DNA of 63,885 nt, filler included, from Octopus bimaculoides (lineage: Eukaryota): NCBI RefSeq assembly GCF_001194135.2. It is 8 parts of 8 records of this genome, joined end to end, with 100 filler letters (N's around TTAATTAATTAA, not from the genome) between each part and the next. Parts side by side here need not be neighbours in the genome. Positions count along the whole stretch, not along the records: positions 10,450 to 20,923 come from NC_068991.1; positions 21,024 to 35,080 come from NC_068987.1; 6 more parts are not named here. One strand, 5' to 3'. The position numbers and the translations under genes were made by a program. Positions 13,271-25,354 of this stretch are shown here, in pieces (position 1 is the first letter of the stretch; every line of letters begins with the position of its first letter). The notes under the pieces are model-generated. The model did not search any database. It had not been told where the DNA came from and was given only the letters and a program-made list of their open reading frames with translations.

Positions 13271-13989
13271 ATATGATATTTTAATCACTATATATATGTT
13301 AATTGAGATTTGTTGCTGATCGCTATTAATGTCCGATTTTCTACTTAAACTGTACTAATTGTATAATAACTATTAAATGTGTTAGTGTAACAATTATTGA
13401 CTAAAACCGCCATCATTAATTTGTGAATAGAGAAATTGTTAGCTGGGGCATAGTAAATATTCTCCTCGCACGAGTGAGTTTATGATCGAAATGTTCTATC
13501 TTAGGGATGGAGGGAGAAAAAAATCACTTTCGGTATTAACGTAACGATAACGATTAATAAGTTGAATATGAAAGTTGGTGGAATACGTATTGTAGCATGC
13601 CTGCCCCTCAGAACGGCATCTCTCTGACATGTTTGATTATCCATCTTTTCGTCTACAAACATCGACCTAACAGAAATTATATAAATAGATCGATAATTAC
13701 ATTGATCTTTCCAGTCCAGAGGGCCTTTCAGAATATTCTTTCTTGAAAAACTAAAATGAATAAAAACAAATAAATATAACCAATTACACAATCTAAAATA
13801 AGAAAGATGATAATGAAAACTTTTTTTTTAGATTTACTCCAATCCGCTTAAAACGGCATAAATTAACTCTATCTGTTATTTCGAGCAGCTTGCCCGAAAG
13901 GAAACCACTCTTTCTCTCCAAATGTTCCTGTCTTCCATGACATGTTTGAGCTCTTCTATTTGTAACTTGACATCACGCGAGAGTTGATC

Positions 13990-14230
13990 AATGTACGTCA
14001 TTCCGGATCGTCCGATATGATAATTCCCATGGCTCAGGACACAGAATGAACTCATTCACTAACTCATCTTTGCTTCTGTAGCAGTGACCAGCATATCTTA
14101 TCCTCCACCCTCGATTGATGATATGTTGGGGATATTTCCATAACATTCTTTCGTTGCATGTTGTTTCCATGCTTTGTTGAGAACAGCACGCAACATATGT
14201 ACTGTATATATATGCTGGTCCCATCAAGCA
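13990..14230 (-). mobile_element. RTE-type LINE RT C-terminal fragment
   Basis: ORF-track peptide RIRYAGHCYRSKDELVNEFIL matches the RxRxAGHCxRxxxE motif of RTE ORF2. Confidence 0.6.
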
Positions 14231-14245
14231 AACGAACTCTAGATA

Positions 14246-14468
14246 TACTCTTTTACTCTTTTACTTGTTTCAGTTATTTGACTGCGGCCATGCTGGAGCA
14301 CCGCCTTTAGTCGAGCAAATCGACCCCAGGACTTATTCTTTGGAAGCTTAGTACTTATTCTATCAGTCTCTTTTGCCGAACCGCTAAGTTACGGGGACGT
14401 AAACACACCACCGTCGGTTGTCAAGCGATGTTGGGGGGACAAACACAGACACACAAACATATACACAA

Positions 14469-14513
<45 letters not shown>

Positions 14514-14745
14514 NNNNNNNNNNNNNNNNNNNNNNNNNNNNNNNNNNNNNNNNNNNNNNNNNNNNNNNNNNNNNNNNNNNNNNNNNNNNNTATATGCGAC
14601 GGGCTTTTTTCAGTTTCCGTCTACCAAATCCACTCACAAGGCTTTGGTCGGCCCGAGGCTATAGTAGAAGACACTTACCCAAGGTGCCACGCAGTGGGAC
14701 TGAACCCAGAACCATGTGGTTGGTAAGCAAGCTACTTACCACACA
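14246..14745 (-). mobile_element. Near full-length SINE family 1 copy (CpGs intact)
   Basis: tRNA-like head with B box GGTTCAGTCCC on the minus strand, central CA/TA microsatellite (partly gap), tail of TACTCTTT repeats. Confidence 0.9.
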
Positions 14746-15554
14746 CCCAAAAAATTTAAAACAAACCTCCATCGGTTTCACCGAGGTATATTGCAGTTGC
14801 CATTTCATCAACTGAACTAACTATTCATAAAAATTATACTCACTCTTAGTGACTGTGTATTCCAAAGTCACATACACCCTTAGTATAATTCTCATATAAA
14901 ATCCGTGCGACAGTCAGTGTACGACAAAGCTGGCTGTTTGAATAACAGTTACCATCCACTCGATGAATCCCACTCGGGTTTCTTTCAGCTCGATTTCGCA
15001 TGCAAGGCTTGATCGACACGAAGATTATGGATAAAGGAACATGACACAGATGCTACACTACTGGCATGAATCCTAGTTTTACTCCATTTTCTGGATGTTT
15101 TCTTGTTATTTTGTGCTGTTGTTGTTTATCCCAAGTCAGCTCTGGTTAAGCATTCCAGCCTCTGTTTTAGCTTATGTAAGTCTACATTAGCAAATGTGTT
15201 CTGACCGTATCTACACATTAACGGACCAAATAACCGACAAGCTTTGGACTGGAAGTGGCCTGGATTTCTGGAATTTTCGGTTTTCTGGTAACAGCCTTAA
15301 TATAATATAATATACGGTATGAACAGCAGAGAACTAAGTATTTAAAAGATCCAAATTAATACACTTCTAAAGCAGGACCAGCTTGATAGTTATTAATTCG
15401 CTTCAGATTCTCCTATAATATATCATACTGTACCATATATATAGTATAATGTTAATAGGAGGAAAATTAAAGGAGGAAAAATAAAGTACCTGATTTTACT
15501 TCACAGATACAGGTACAAATGAATACGCTTTTCTAAAGTAGAGCATGTTTAATT

Positions 15555-15940
15555 TGTATCAGTCTTGTTGGCACTCTGTTGCTTACGACGTCGAGGGTTC
15601 CAGTTGATCCGATCAACGGAACAGCCTGCTCGTGAAATTAACGTGCAAGTGGCTGAGCACTCCACAGGCACGTGTACCCTTAACGTAGTTCTCGGGGATA
15701 TTCAGCGTGACACAGTGTGACAAGGCTGACCCTTTGAATTACAGGCAAAGCAGAAACAGGAAGTAAGAGAAAGTTGTAGTGAAAGAGTACAGCAGGGTTC
15801 GTCACCATCCCCTGCTGGAGCCTCGTGGAGCTTTAGGTGTTTTTGCTCAATAAACACTCACAACGCCCGGTCTGGGAATCGAAGCCGCGATCTTACGACC
15901 GCGAGTCCGCTGCCCTAACCACTGGGCCATTGCACCTCCA
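15555..15940 (-). mobile_element. tRNA-headed SINE, family 3
   Basis: Minus-strand head GTGGAGGTGCAATGGCCCAGTGGTTAGGGCAGCGGACTCGCGGTCGTAAGATCGCGGCTTCGATTCCCAG (A and B boxes); second diverged copy at 38950-39250. Confidence 0.85.
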
Positions 15941-16045
15941 CTTTATCAATCTACATAAAATGTAAAGAATAAAACTAGTTTTAACACACTGTATGGCAAA
16001 TTAACCAGCTTCAAAAACAGGGTTTTCTCACTCAATACAGGGCAC

Positions 16046-16259
16046 AATATATTCTTTTCTACTCTAGGCACAAGGACCGAAATTTAGTGGGAGGGGCCAG
16101 TCGGTTAAATCAATTCAGTACGCAACTGGTACTTATTTTATCAACCCCGAAAGGATGAAATGCAAAGTCGACCTCGGTGGAATTTGAACTCAGAGCGTAA
16201 AGACAGACGAAATACCGCTAAGCATTTCGCCCAGCGTGCTAACTTTTTGCCAACTCGCC
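16046..16259 (-). mobile_element. SINE family 2, full-length
   Basis: Minus strand GGCGAGTTGGC...TGAGTTCAAATTCC (B box)...GAGGTCGACTTTGCATTTCATCCTTTCGGGG...CTTGTGCCTAGAGTAGAAAAAGAAT. Confidence 0.85.
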
Positions 16260-16501
16260 ACTTTCCGGGTACAATATATTGCACAGTATTTCCGGGCTTC
16301 TGGTAATTTCAGATTTCTGAAAATTCTGGTTTTTGGATGCAGGATAAGAGGTCCGTCATTGCATAAGAGAGTGAGGTGACTGATTAGAGGTAGATTTGGT
16401 TGCTTTTATAACAGCACGAGCAACCCTTTACAGAAGTGTTTCCGAAGGTGATGTGTGACATTATTTTATTGGATCGCATATTACTTCAGCATTGGCATGC
16501 C

Positions 16502-16753
16502 CGGCAATTTCACCGTCATCAATTCACCGCAGGGAAAGTTCACCGAATCAACTTTTTGATCTAATTTTACAACTTGAATTTTTCTTTTTTTCTTTTTTTG
16601 TTCTGTTTTTGTTGTTGTTGTTTTCTCTTTGTTTTTTAATAAAATAGTTTTTAACTATTGATGCTAAGATACTACGGATATATTTTCTCAGTAGACTTTC
16701 CTCACTGTGATGGCGGTGAACTCTCCTACGATGAATTGATGTTGGTGAACTTA
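16502..16753. mobile_element. MITE with about 43-bp TIRs built from TTCACCG repeats
   Basis: GGCAATTTCACCGTCATCAATTCACCGCAGGGAAAGTTCACCG is the imperfect inverse of CGGTGAACTCTCCTACGATGAATTGATGTTGGTGAACTTACT. Confidence 0.65.
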
Positions 16754-16873
16754 CTTGCAATACAGAATGGGACGTAGATTAAGCAACAGGTGAGTAAATC
16801 TTACAAATCTATGTTAATAGATTAGCGAGATTAGCATCTATGTGTGGCTAACCGCTGATACCACTGGTAACAA

Positions 16874-17860
16874 CTCTTTCTACTGCAAGCACAAGACCTG
16901 AACATTTAGAGAAGGTGTCTCGTCGATTAAATCAACACCAGTACTCAACTGATACGTATTTTATTGACCCCTGAAAGGATAAAAGAACAACTCGACTTGG
17001 GCGGAATTTGAACTCAGAATGTAAAGGCCGGAAGAAATGCCACTGAGCCCGTTATCCAACGTAATAACGATTCTGTCGGCTCGCCGTCTATTTTGCCACT
17101 ACTAACAATGGTTTCCAGTTTTGTACAAAGCCAACAATTGTTCAGGAAATGGTGAAGTTGATTATATCGACTCTAGTACATGACTGGTACTCATATTATC
17201 AACTCGAGAGGATGAAATGCAAAGTCGACCTTGGCGGAATTTGAACTCAAAGTGTAAAGACGGACGAAATTCCATTATTCATTTTGTTCGGTTCTGACAG
17301 CTCGCCGCCTTTTTACCAGTACTGATAACTCTTTCTACTATTGGCACATTTTAGGGAGGGGCTGGTCGATTACATCGGCCTCAGTACTCAACCAGTACTT
17401 ACCACACCCAATGATGGTCTCAAGTTTTAACACAAGGCCAGCACTTTCAGGGAAGGGGGGAAAGTCAATTACATAGACCACCACCTCCCCAGTGTTCAAC
17501 TGGTACTTATTTTATCAATCCAGAGATGATGAAAGACTAAGTCAACCTCGGCGAAATTTGAACGCAGCAGAACGTAAATACGAACGAAATGCTTGGCAGC
17601 ATTTCGTCCGGGTTACAAACAATTCTGTCAACTCGCCAACTTAACCATAGCTAATAATCTTTTCTACTCTAAGCCTGAAATTTTGGTGGAGGGTCCTTAT
17701 TGATTATATCGACCCCAGTGTTCAACTGGGGTCGATTTTATCGACCCTGAAACGATGAAAGACAAAGTCAACCCCGGTGGAATTTGAACTCTGAATATAA
17801 GGACAGACGAAATACTACTAAGCATTTTGTCCGGCGTGCCAACAATTAATGCTCATCGCC
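16874..17860 (-). repeat. Head-to-tail array of five SINE family 2 copies
   Basis: Units at about 16874-17085, 17106-17306, 17329-17400 (partial), 17411-17637, 17658-17860. All in the same orientation; the four complete units carry GGCGGAATTTGAACTC-like B-box segments. Confidence 0.85.
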
Positions 17861-17904
17861 TTATCTACACATAATGTGACCACTTAAACATCACTAAGCT
17901 TCTT

Positions 17905-18385
17905 ACCAATGCCACCGCCGCCACCTCAAAACCACCACCACCACAAAACCACCACCACCACAAAACCACCACCACCACCACAAAACCACCACCACTATCG
18001 ATATTATAATCACCATACCATCACCACAACCATCCACTAGCGTCACCACTCGCACAATCAAAACCCCCATCACCATCGCCACCACTACAACTACCACCAC
18101 CCTCGCTATCAATATCATTATCACCATCACCACCATCACTCTCACAATGTCCATCACCACCATCACTACTACCACCACTACCCCCATCACAACCACTACC
18201 ACCACCACCCGCACCATCATCATCACCACCACCACTACCACCACATGATCCCCAACACCACCATTATAACCATTCACCACCAGCACCACCGCCATCACTA
18301 CAATCACTACCGCTACAATCGCCATTACAGCCACCACTACCAACACCACCAACAACACCACCACTACCAACACCACCGCTACATG
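17905..18385. repeat. CCA/CAC-rich low-complexity tract, including tandem AAAACCACCACCACCAC-type units
   Basis: Direct reading of the sequence. Confidence 0.9.
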
Positions 18386-18489
18386 AGTCATTCTTTGTGA
18401 CTCGTGAAAAAAGACAACGCTGCTGTTTTAGTTACTAAGATTTCATCCTTCTCTATCACAAATGCTGGTACTAGAGCACCAGCACCTTC

Positions 18490-18517
18490 ACTACTACTAC
18501 TACTATTACAATGTTGA

Positions 18518-18568
<51 letters not shown>

Positions 18569-18735
18569 AACTTTTCATATTAGTAATATTATCATTGGTT
18601 CTAATACTACAATCATTAAAGCCACTATTACTATTTACATAACTATTATTACTCGTAGTATTATTGATACTGCTAATACTATTACTACTAATACTTCTAA
18701 TACTGCTGCTACTACTACTACTACTACTACTACTG

Positions 18736-18792
<57 letters not shown>
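18490..18792. repeat. (ACT)n microsatellite
   Basis: Direct reading of the sequence. Confidence 0.95.
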
Positions 18793-19400
18793 TCATTGAT
18801 GAGTCAATAAGAGAGTCTACAAGTGATTACCAAACTTGCTCTAAATAGGAGCCAAATTTCTCTGACAGCACACTTTACTACCTTACAAAACATGAAAGGA
18901 ACAGGAGAACGCAGTACAAAAATATACTATAGCTCAAAAAGCCGCCATGTTCTTGGTTAGACTAGTTTTGATCGTAGGTCTGTCTCTTTCATCGTGGCTC
19001 ACCTAGGGCTAAGAAATAACAGCACATTACTATCATAACCCACTCCCGCAAGCACTACGATTCGAAGAAGAAACCCCTGCGTAGTTCCCAGACCTGCTAG
19101 ATATATCCACCGCCATCTCTCGAGTAAGTTTGATAAGCGCTAACACACATAACTTTCCTGCCTTTTGTCCTCTGTTGCTTCTGCTAAATATTAATACATA
19201 CATACATATATATATATNNNNNNNNNNNNNNNNNNNNNNNNNNNNNNNNNNNNNNNNNNNNNNNNNNNNNNNNNNNNNNNNNNNNNNNNNNNNNNNNNNN
19301 NNNNNNNNNNNNNNNNNNNNNNNNNNNNNNNNNNNNNNNNNNNNNNNNNNNNNNNNNNNNNNNNNNNNNNNNNNNNNNNNNNNNNNNNNNNNNNNNNNAT

Positions 19401-19978
19401 AATTATAAATAAGGGCAAAAAGAAAAGATTTTCTTGGCCAATATGCTGAAAAATAGACACTAAATCGTCTAACAACATAAAATATTTGAACTTGTATTTT
19501 TACACCACATGCCAAAACAAGGAAAGCAAGCTAACAGAAATTCATAAAAATATAGTTATTCCCGAATCGGTTCCGTTTTCTGGATTAATCCAAAAAGGAT
19601 TCTTTCTTCATCAGCGAGGAACACAAAATGAAAATAAATGAAATACTTCAACATACCTACGGAAAAGCAGATGCAAAGTCATGAATACATTTAAGTATCC
19701 CAAATATATCCAAATCGAAATTCCGTAGCCAGCCTCGGCACAAATGTAGTCGATCAAGAAACGCACACAAGTGGTTAACCAGTGCCGAAGTGAATGAGAA
19801 TTAATTTACTTCTAATATAAGGTTAAAATTTTATTAATTTCTGTTAGCTTGCTTTCCTCGTTTGTGCGCGTGGTGTAATAATAGAAGCGAAAATATTTTA
19901 TGTGGTTAGACGATTTAGCATCTATTTTTCAGCATATTGGGAAAGAAAATTTTTTTCTTTTTGCCATAAATTATAATT
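19401..19978. mobile_element. Non-autonomous DNA element with about 150-bp TIRs
   Basis: 19401-19550 is the imperfect reverse complement of 19830-19978; both ORF-track peptides start alike (LLDDLVSIFQHIGQEN vs WLDDLASIFQHIGKEN). The left end abuts a gap. Confidence 0.8.
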
Positions 19979-19984
19979 GTATAA

Positions 19985-20885
19985 TTTTCATCCATATTGT
20001 CCAATGGGCAAAAAGAAACAAAAACAATATGCTTCTAAATGAAGATAAATTTGATTTGATCCACTTTGGAAAAGAGGAAACTCTGAAATTACCATATGCT
20101 CTTCCCTCGGGCGACTCACTAGTGTCATCCAACAACATCAGAGACCTTGGAGTAATTATTGATAACAATCTAAGCTGGAGTTCCCACGTAAGCAGCGAGG
20201 TTGACTCGGCCAACAAGATGTGCTCCTGGATTCTGAGAACTTTCAGGTCTAGAGATACCTACACCATCATCCTTCTCTGCTCTACTTTTACCCGACCTCA
20301 CCTTGAACACTGTTGCCCACTTTGGTCCTCCTATACGAAGCAACTCATTATCAAAGTAGAAGCACTCCAAAGGTCAAGAAGAAGAAAAATAGACGGCATA
20401 AGAGGCATTGACTATTAGGGTCGTCTAAAGAACTCAATATCTTCTCTCTCCAACACTGCCGGGAGTGCTACATCATTTGTGTGATGTGGAAAATATTCCA
20501 TCAATATTGCACAAATGATGTTGGCATCAAATTTTAAATCCATCCAAGATTTGGCCCCCGTGCTATCCGTCCACTACAAAAATCGAAATCGGTACACATA
20601 GCAACATTACGTCACAATTACTTTACCTCAACCGGTCCAGCTTTTTTAATACCATACCAAAATACGTCAAAACGGAAACAGATCCCATAAATTCAAATGT
20701 TCACGGGACAAATTTCTTCAAAAAAATCCTGGACCAACTTCCAACACCCGGATATGTCTCCAACAATAATAAGTCTTTGCTAGAGTGGGCCATGGTGTTC
20801 CATATATGACTAAAAGACTTCACCAGGTGGTGTTATTAAGTTAGACATGGCCTGGGCCTATACAGGCCGAAACCTATCAGAGTTA
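19985..20885 (+). mobile_element. 5'-truncated CR1/L2-group LINE (RT C-terminus and 3' UTR)
   Basis: NMLLNEDKFDLIHFG...IRDLGVIIDNNLSWSSHV...RPHLEHCCPLWS...KVEALQR, then frameshifted RLKELNIFSLQHCRECYIICVMWKI; 3' end followed by a TA microsatellite. Confidence 0.9.
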
Positions 20886-20923
20886 TATATAAATATACAT
20901 ACATATATATATATATATATATA

Positions 20924-21023
20924 NNNNNNNNNNNNNNNNNNNNNNNNNNNNNNNNNNNNNNNNNNNNTTAATTAATTAANNNNNNNNNNNNNNNNNNNNN
21001 NNNNNNNNNNNNNNNNNNNNNNN
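20924..21023. other. Artificial scaffold-joining spacer
   Basis: 44N + TTAATTAATTAA (20968-20979) + 44N. Confidence 0.97.
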
Positions 21024-21368
21024 ATCTCCATATCTTCTGTTGAAAAACCTTCAAATTCGGAATCACTGCTTGATAGCATGAAACTCCTCTCCATCTTCAA
21101 AGTTGAAAAAAATCAACGCCGCAAAAAATGTGGAAAAAAATCTTCCAAAATTCCCTGAGTTCAAATATCACGCCAAACAATGTCGGAGACAATAACTCAA
21201 CTGTTTGCAAAGTGAAATCAGGTGTTTTAACGAATGTATTAACGAGATTTGGGTTCAAATATACATTTAAATAACAATGGGTACGCTCGGCCGGCTACGG
21301 CCGGGTTAGTCTTATGAACCAAAAATTTTTTCGGCCGGCTACAGCCGGGTTAGTAACGAAAGGGTTAA
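21024..21368. mobile_element. Terminus of a piggyBac-like element
   Basis: Ends ...GTAACGAAAGGG|TTAA (CCC terminus with TTAA site); two subterminal 24-bp direct repeats TCGGCCGGCTAC(G/A)GCCGGGTTAGT at 21287-21310 and 21331-21354. Confidence 0.65.
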
Positions 21369-21384
21369 GAAAAGAAAATAAGGA

Positions 21385-21872
21385 AAGCATGGATAAGGCG
21401 ACTCTTCAACAATTTTTAAGAGTGTACTGTGTAACACCAAATCTGAATACACCAGCGGAGCTGATGTTTGCAAGGAAAGTAAAGTGAGATTTTGATAAAT
21501 TGCTACTTGGCAAGAAAAGAAAAAGTGTCAGGAATGACATAGCAAGATTTTTTTCAAGTTGGTGATAAGGTGTATTTGAGGAGATACAAAAATGGAAAGC
21601 AGAACTGGGAAGAGGGTGAAATTACCAAATTTGTTGGTAAAATGATGTATTGGGTAAAAAGTAGAAAAGGCATACAAAAGAGACAAAGGAACCAACTGAG
21701 AAAGAGATTCATGGAAAGTGAACCAAAGAAGTTGGAAAAACCCATGGGATGGTTGGATGATATGTTCAAAGTACCAACACCACTGCAGGTGATTGAACCC
21801 AGGCATACAAGTGAGAGGAAAAGAAAACATACAGAGTTCTTGAAAATAGATGTCAAGAAACAAAAATGTTAA
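21385..21872 (+). mobile_element. Ty3/Gypsy LTR retrotransposon integrase C-terminus (decayed)
   Basis: LQQFLRVYCVTPNLNTPAELMFARKVK*DFDKLL...FQVGDKVYLRRYKNGKQNWEEGEI...VGKMMYWVK...KRQRNQLRKR resembles the K02A2.6-like Gypsy integrase tail. Confidence 0.85.
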
Positions 21873-21957
21873 ATTGTATGAAAAAATTCAAAAAAGTAAG
21901 GCTGGGTGAATAAAAAGAAATATCGCTAAATAAGATGACACTTCCTAAGAAAAACTT

Positions 21958-22140
21958 AAAAGGAGAGATGCTGTAGGGAATTAGTAAAAATGGTACACCC
22001 CTCCCATGTGATGAGACAGTCACTATAAATAAGGTGACGTCAGCCATTATTGAGAGAGTACATAGTGGGCGGTCAATAGATAGTCATGTCTGTACTGATC
22101 TAGTAATTATATTACAATACCAAGTGAGTGTTATAACAAT
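21958..22140 (+). mobile_element. Polypurine tract and start of the 3' LTR of the Gypsy element
   Basis: AAAAGGAGAGA immediately followed by TG at 21969; TATAAATA at about 22024; LTR end uncertain. Confidence 0.55.
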
Positions 22141-22278
22141 CCAACCTTTTGGGGATAATACCGCTGTTATACTGAGGGTTGTACAGTGCCAGATAGAAAC
22201 ATCCTGTTGACGACTTTGGAATATAACAATATCTGTCAGAGCGACAACCATTGTACAAAGACAGGTACAATAGTGGCA

Positions 22279-22470
22279 AAAGACTGGGCTATCTTTCGAT
22301 TTGATGTGAAGAAACGTCAAGTAAAAGCACATGGGTTTTATTTACATCTAATCGGCTAAAACTAACCCTAAACCTAACCCTAACCCTAACAGGCCGATTA
22401 GATGTAAACAAAACCCATGTGTTTTTACTTGACATTTCTTCACATCAAATCGAAAGATAGCCAAAGACTG
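22279..22470. mobile_element. 176-bp MITE with 70-bp TIRs, telomere-like core and 8-bp TSD (Merlin- or hAT-like)
   Basis: AAAGACTG at 22279-22286 and 22463-22470; arms 22287-22356 and 22393-22462 (GGCTATC...GATAGCC, three mismatches); spacer TAAAACTAACCCTAAACCTAACCCTAACCCTAACAG. Confidence 0.9.
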
Positions 22471-23339
22471 CTTTATAATAGTCCCTCTCTGTGACCTTCT
22501 GTCCAGAATTGTGCTTGCCAGAGCTTGTTACCTTGGCCAAGGAATGACAACATGATGTTAGAGACTACTTCTTGAAACATTAAACAGTTCAACAGTTTTA
22601 ATGACAGAAACTGCAGCCATCCATGCTTCAACAATTTATCCTTTTGGTAAATCTGGCAAATCATGCATTTTAAGCTATTTAAATATAAACATCTGCAATA
22701 CACAACAAACAGATGGCTATATCATGAAGTACAAGGCATACATAATGGTTATGAAGACACATATACAGACTAGAACAGTTTAGATTTGTCATATTGCTGA
22801 TAAAAAGTTTCCATTATTTTGTCTAACCTCTGCACATACGTATATATATATGTATATGTGTGTATGTGTGCATACATGTACGTGAGAGTTACACATATAA
22901 AGAGCAAAAGTCTGAGGTAGCTTCATATTTTATAAATGAGATGTGTAAGTAAACTGAAATGGGAAACTGGGAAGATAAAAGTTGCAAGGAGGAAAATCTG
23001 AATGAAACAAACTGAAAGATTGGTTGGAGAGAAAACCTGTGCAGTGCAACAAAACAAGCAAAGTGTGTCAATACCATCAATTCTGTTTTAATTTTTTGTG
23101 TTCATTTACAATTAAAACTTTAAAGACTAAGGTTTAGAGCCTAAAAGAGTATCTACATAAACACATATTCATACATACACAGAATCATATATATATATAC
23201 ACATACATACCTATGCATGCACACACACATAATGCATGTATATGTGTGTTTCTGTGTATATATGTATGTATATATATGTATACACACACACATACATATA
23301 CATACAACTCATGCATGTATGTATAAAGATATATATCTT

Positions 23340-23575
23340 TATTATTGTTTCAGTTGTTGGACTGCAGCCATACTGGGGTATACCTCCAAGGGTTTTAGTC
23401 AATCAAGTGTCCCTAGTACTTATTTTTTTTCTATTAAGCCTGGTACTTATTCCATTAATTTCTTTTTGCCAAACTGATAAGTAACAGGGATATGAACAAA
23501 CCAACACCAGTTGCCATGTGGTGGTGGGACAAACACAAAGATACATATAAATATATACAGACATATACATATGTG

Positions 23576-23645
<70 letters not shown>

Positions 23646-23737
23646 ACATGTTTCTTTCAGTCTCTGTGTACCAAATCCACTCACAAAGCTTTAGTTGACC
23701 TGGGGTTATAGTAGAAACTACTTGCCCAAGGTGCCAT
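23340..23737 (-). mobile_element. SINE family 1 copy with heavy CpG decay
   Basis: Aligns with 14246-14745 but CG sites are replaced by TG/CA (CCGAACCGCTAAGTTACGGGG becomes CCAAACTGATAAGTAACAGGG). Confidence 0.8.
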
Positions 23738-25275
23738 NNNNNNNNNNNNNNNNNNNNNNNNNNNNNNNNNNNNNNNNNNNNNNNNNNNNNNNNNNNNNNN
23801 NNNNNNNNNNNNATATATATATATGTAGTTGTTTGTGTGTGTATGTGTACATATGCATATACATGTATACATACACACACACATATTAAGGATGGCATGG
23901 ACCATGATCTTTTACAAAGCTTTTGACACTGGTGGAGTGGAGGAAGGTAACCTCAAACCAGAAACATATTTGCAGCAGAGTGTGCCTTGACTAAAGACCT
24001 CCGCAGCAACAAGTGTTGGTATTAAACTAACAGGTAGATTAAGTGCATCACCGATATAGGCCTCTGTGGGATTTGAACTCAGAAAGCAAAGGACTGGAAC
24101 AAACTATCTTGTCAATGTTCCACCAATATTTGCTTTGAACCGATACCTTTTTTATGAAGCCCAAAAGGATATATATATATATATATATATATATAATCAT
24201 AAATATATAAGGATTAGCAGTATCCTGCTTCTCCAACATACTGAGAATTCAGAAATAGCAGCCAAAGAACTACTAATTCCAAAACTACAAATTTTTCTCT
24301 AATTGATAGCGATATTTATGGTACACACAGAACAAAAAACAGAAGAGAAGAGTAAAAACAAACCTGCCTTTAGTTAATTTGGTACAACGTTTCACGGTTA
24401 AGGGTATGAATTTCCCCATTCCGATCTTCAGCCAAATATTCTAATAAATTTGCCAATGTCTAAATAACTCACGTTANNNNNNNNNNNNNNNNNNNNNNNN
24501 NNNNNNNNNNNNNNNNNNNNNNNNNNNNNNNNNNNNNNNNNNNNNNNNNNNNNNNNNNNNNNNNNNNNNNNNNNNNNNNNNNNNNNNNNNNNNNNNNNNN
24601 NNNNNNNNNNNNNNNNNNNNNNNNNNNNNNNNNNNNNNNNNNNNNNNNNNNNNNNNNNNNNNNNNNNNNNNNNNNNNNNNNNNNNNNNNNNNNNNNNNNN
24701 NNNNNNNNNNNNNNNNNNNNNNNNNNNNNNNNNNNNNNNNNNNNNNNNNNNNNNNNNNNNNNNNNNNNNNNNNNNNNNNNNNNNNNNNNNNNNNNNNNNN
24801 NNNNNNNNNNNNNNNNNNNNNNNNNNNNNNNNNNNNNNNNNNNNNNNNNNNNNNNNNNNNNNNNNNNNNNNNNNNNNNNNNNNNNNNNNNNNNNNNNNNN
24901 NNNNNNNNNNNNNNNNNNNNNNNNNNNNNNNNNNNNNNNNNNNNNNNNNNNNNNNNNNNNNNNNNNNNNNNNNNNNNNNNNNNNNNNNNNNNNNNNNNNN
25001 NNNNNNNNNNNNNNNNNNNNNNNNNNNNNNNNNNNNNNNNNNNNNNNNNNNNNNNNNNNNNNNNNNNNNNNNNNNNNNNNNNNNNNNNNNNNNNNNNNNN
25101 NNNNNNNNNNNNNNNNNNNNNNNNNNNNNNNNNNNNNNNNNNNNNNNNNNNNNNNNNNNNNNNNNNNNNNNNNNNNNNNNNNNNNNNNNNNNNNNNNNNN
25201 NNNNNNNNNNNNNNNNNNNNNNNNNNNNNNNNNNNNNNNNNNNNNNNNNNNNNNNNNNNNNNNNNNNNNNNNNNN

Positions 25276-25354
<79 letters not shown>

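Noticed and set aside
15870-15940. tRNA gene
   Set aside because: This is the tRNA-derived head of a SINE, continuous with the SINE body; no complete cloverleaf was evident
16766-16789. 24-nt microexon candidate (ACAG|A ATG GGA CGT AGA TTA AGC AAC AG|GTGAGT)
   Set aside because: Weak pyrimidine tract lying in a MITE end, and no partner exons found
16874-17860. CRISPR-like repeat-spacer array
   Set aside because: The units are about 200-bp SINEs in an animal genome, and no cas genes are present
17903-18848. Val-rich and poly-Thr ORFs
   Set aside because: Translations of (CCA)n and (ACT)n low-complexity repeats with no splice or domain support
20855-20873. GGCC-TATACA-GGCC-GAAAC half-hammerhead at the LINE 3' end
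   Set aside because: No upstream CUGANGA; more likely the 3' recognition stem-loop of the LINE
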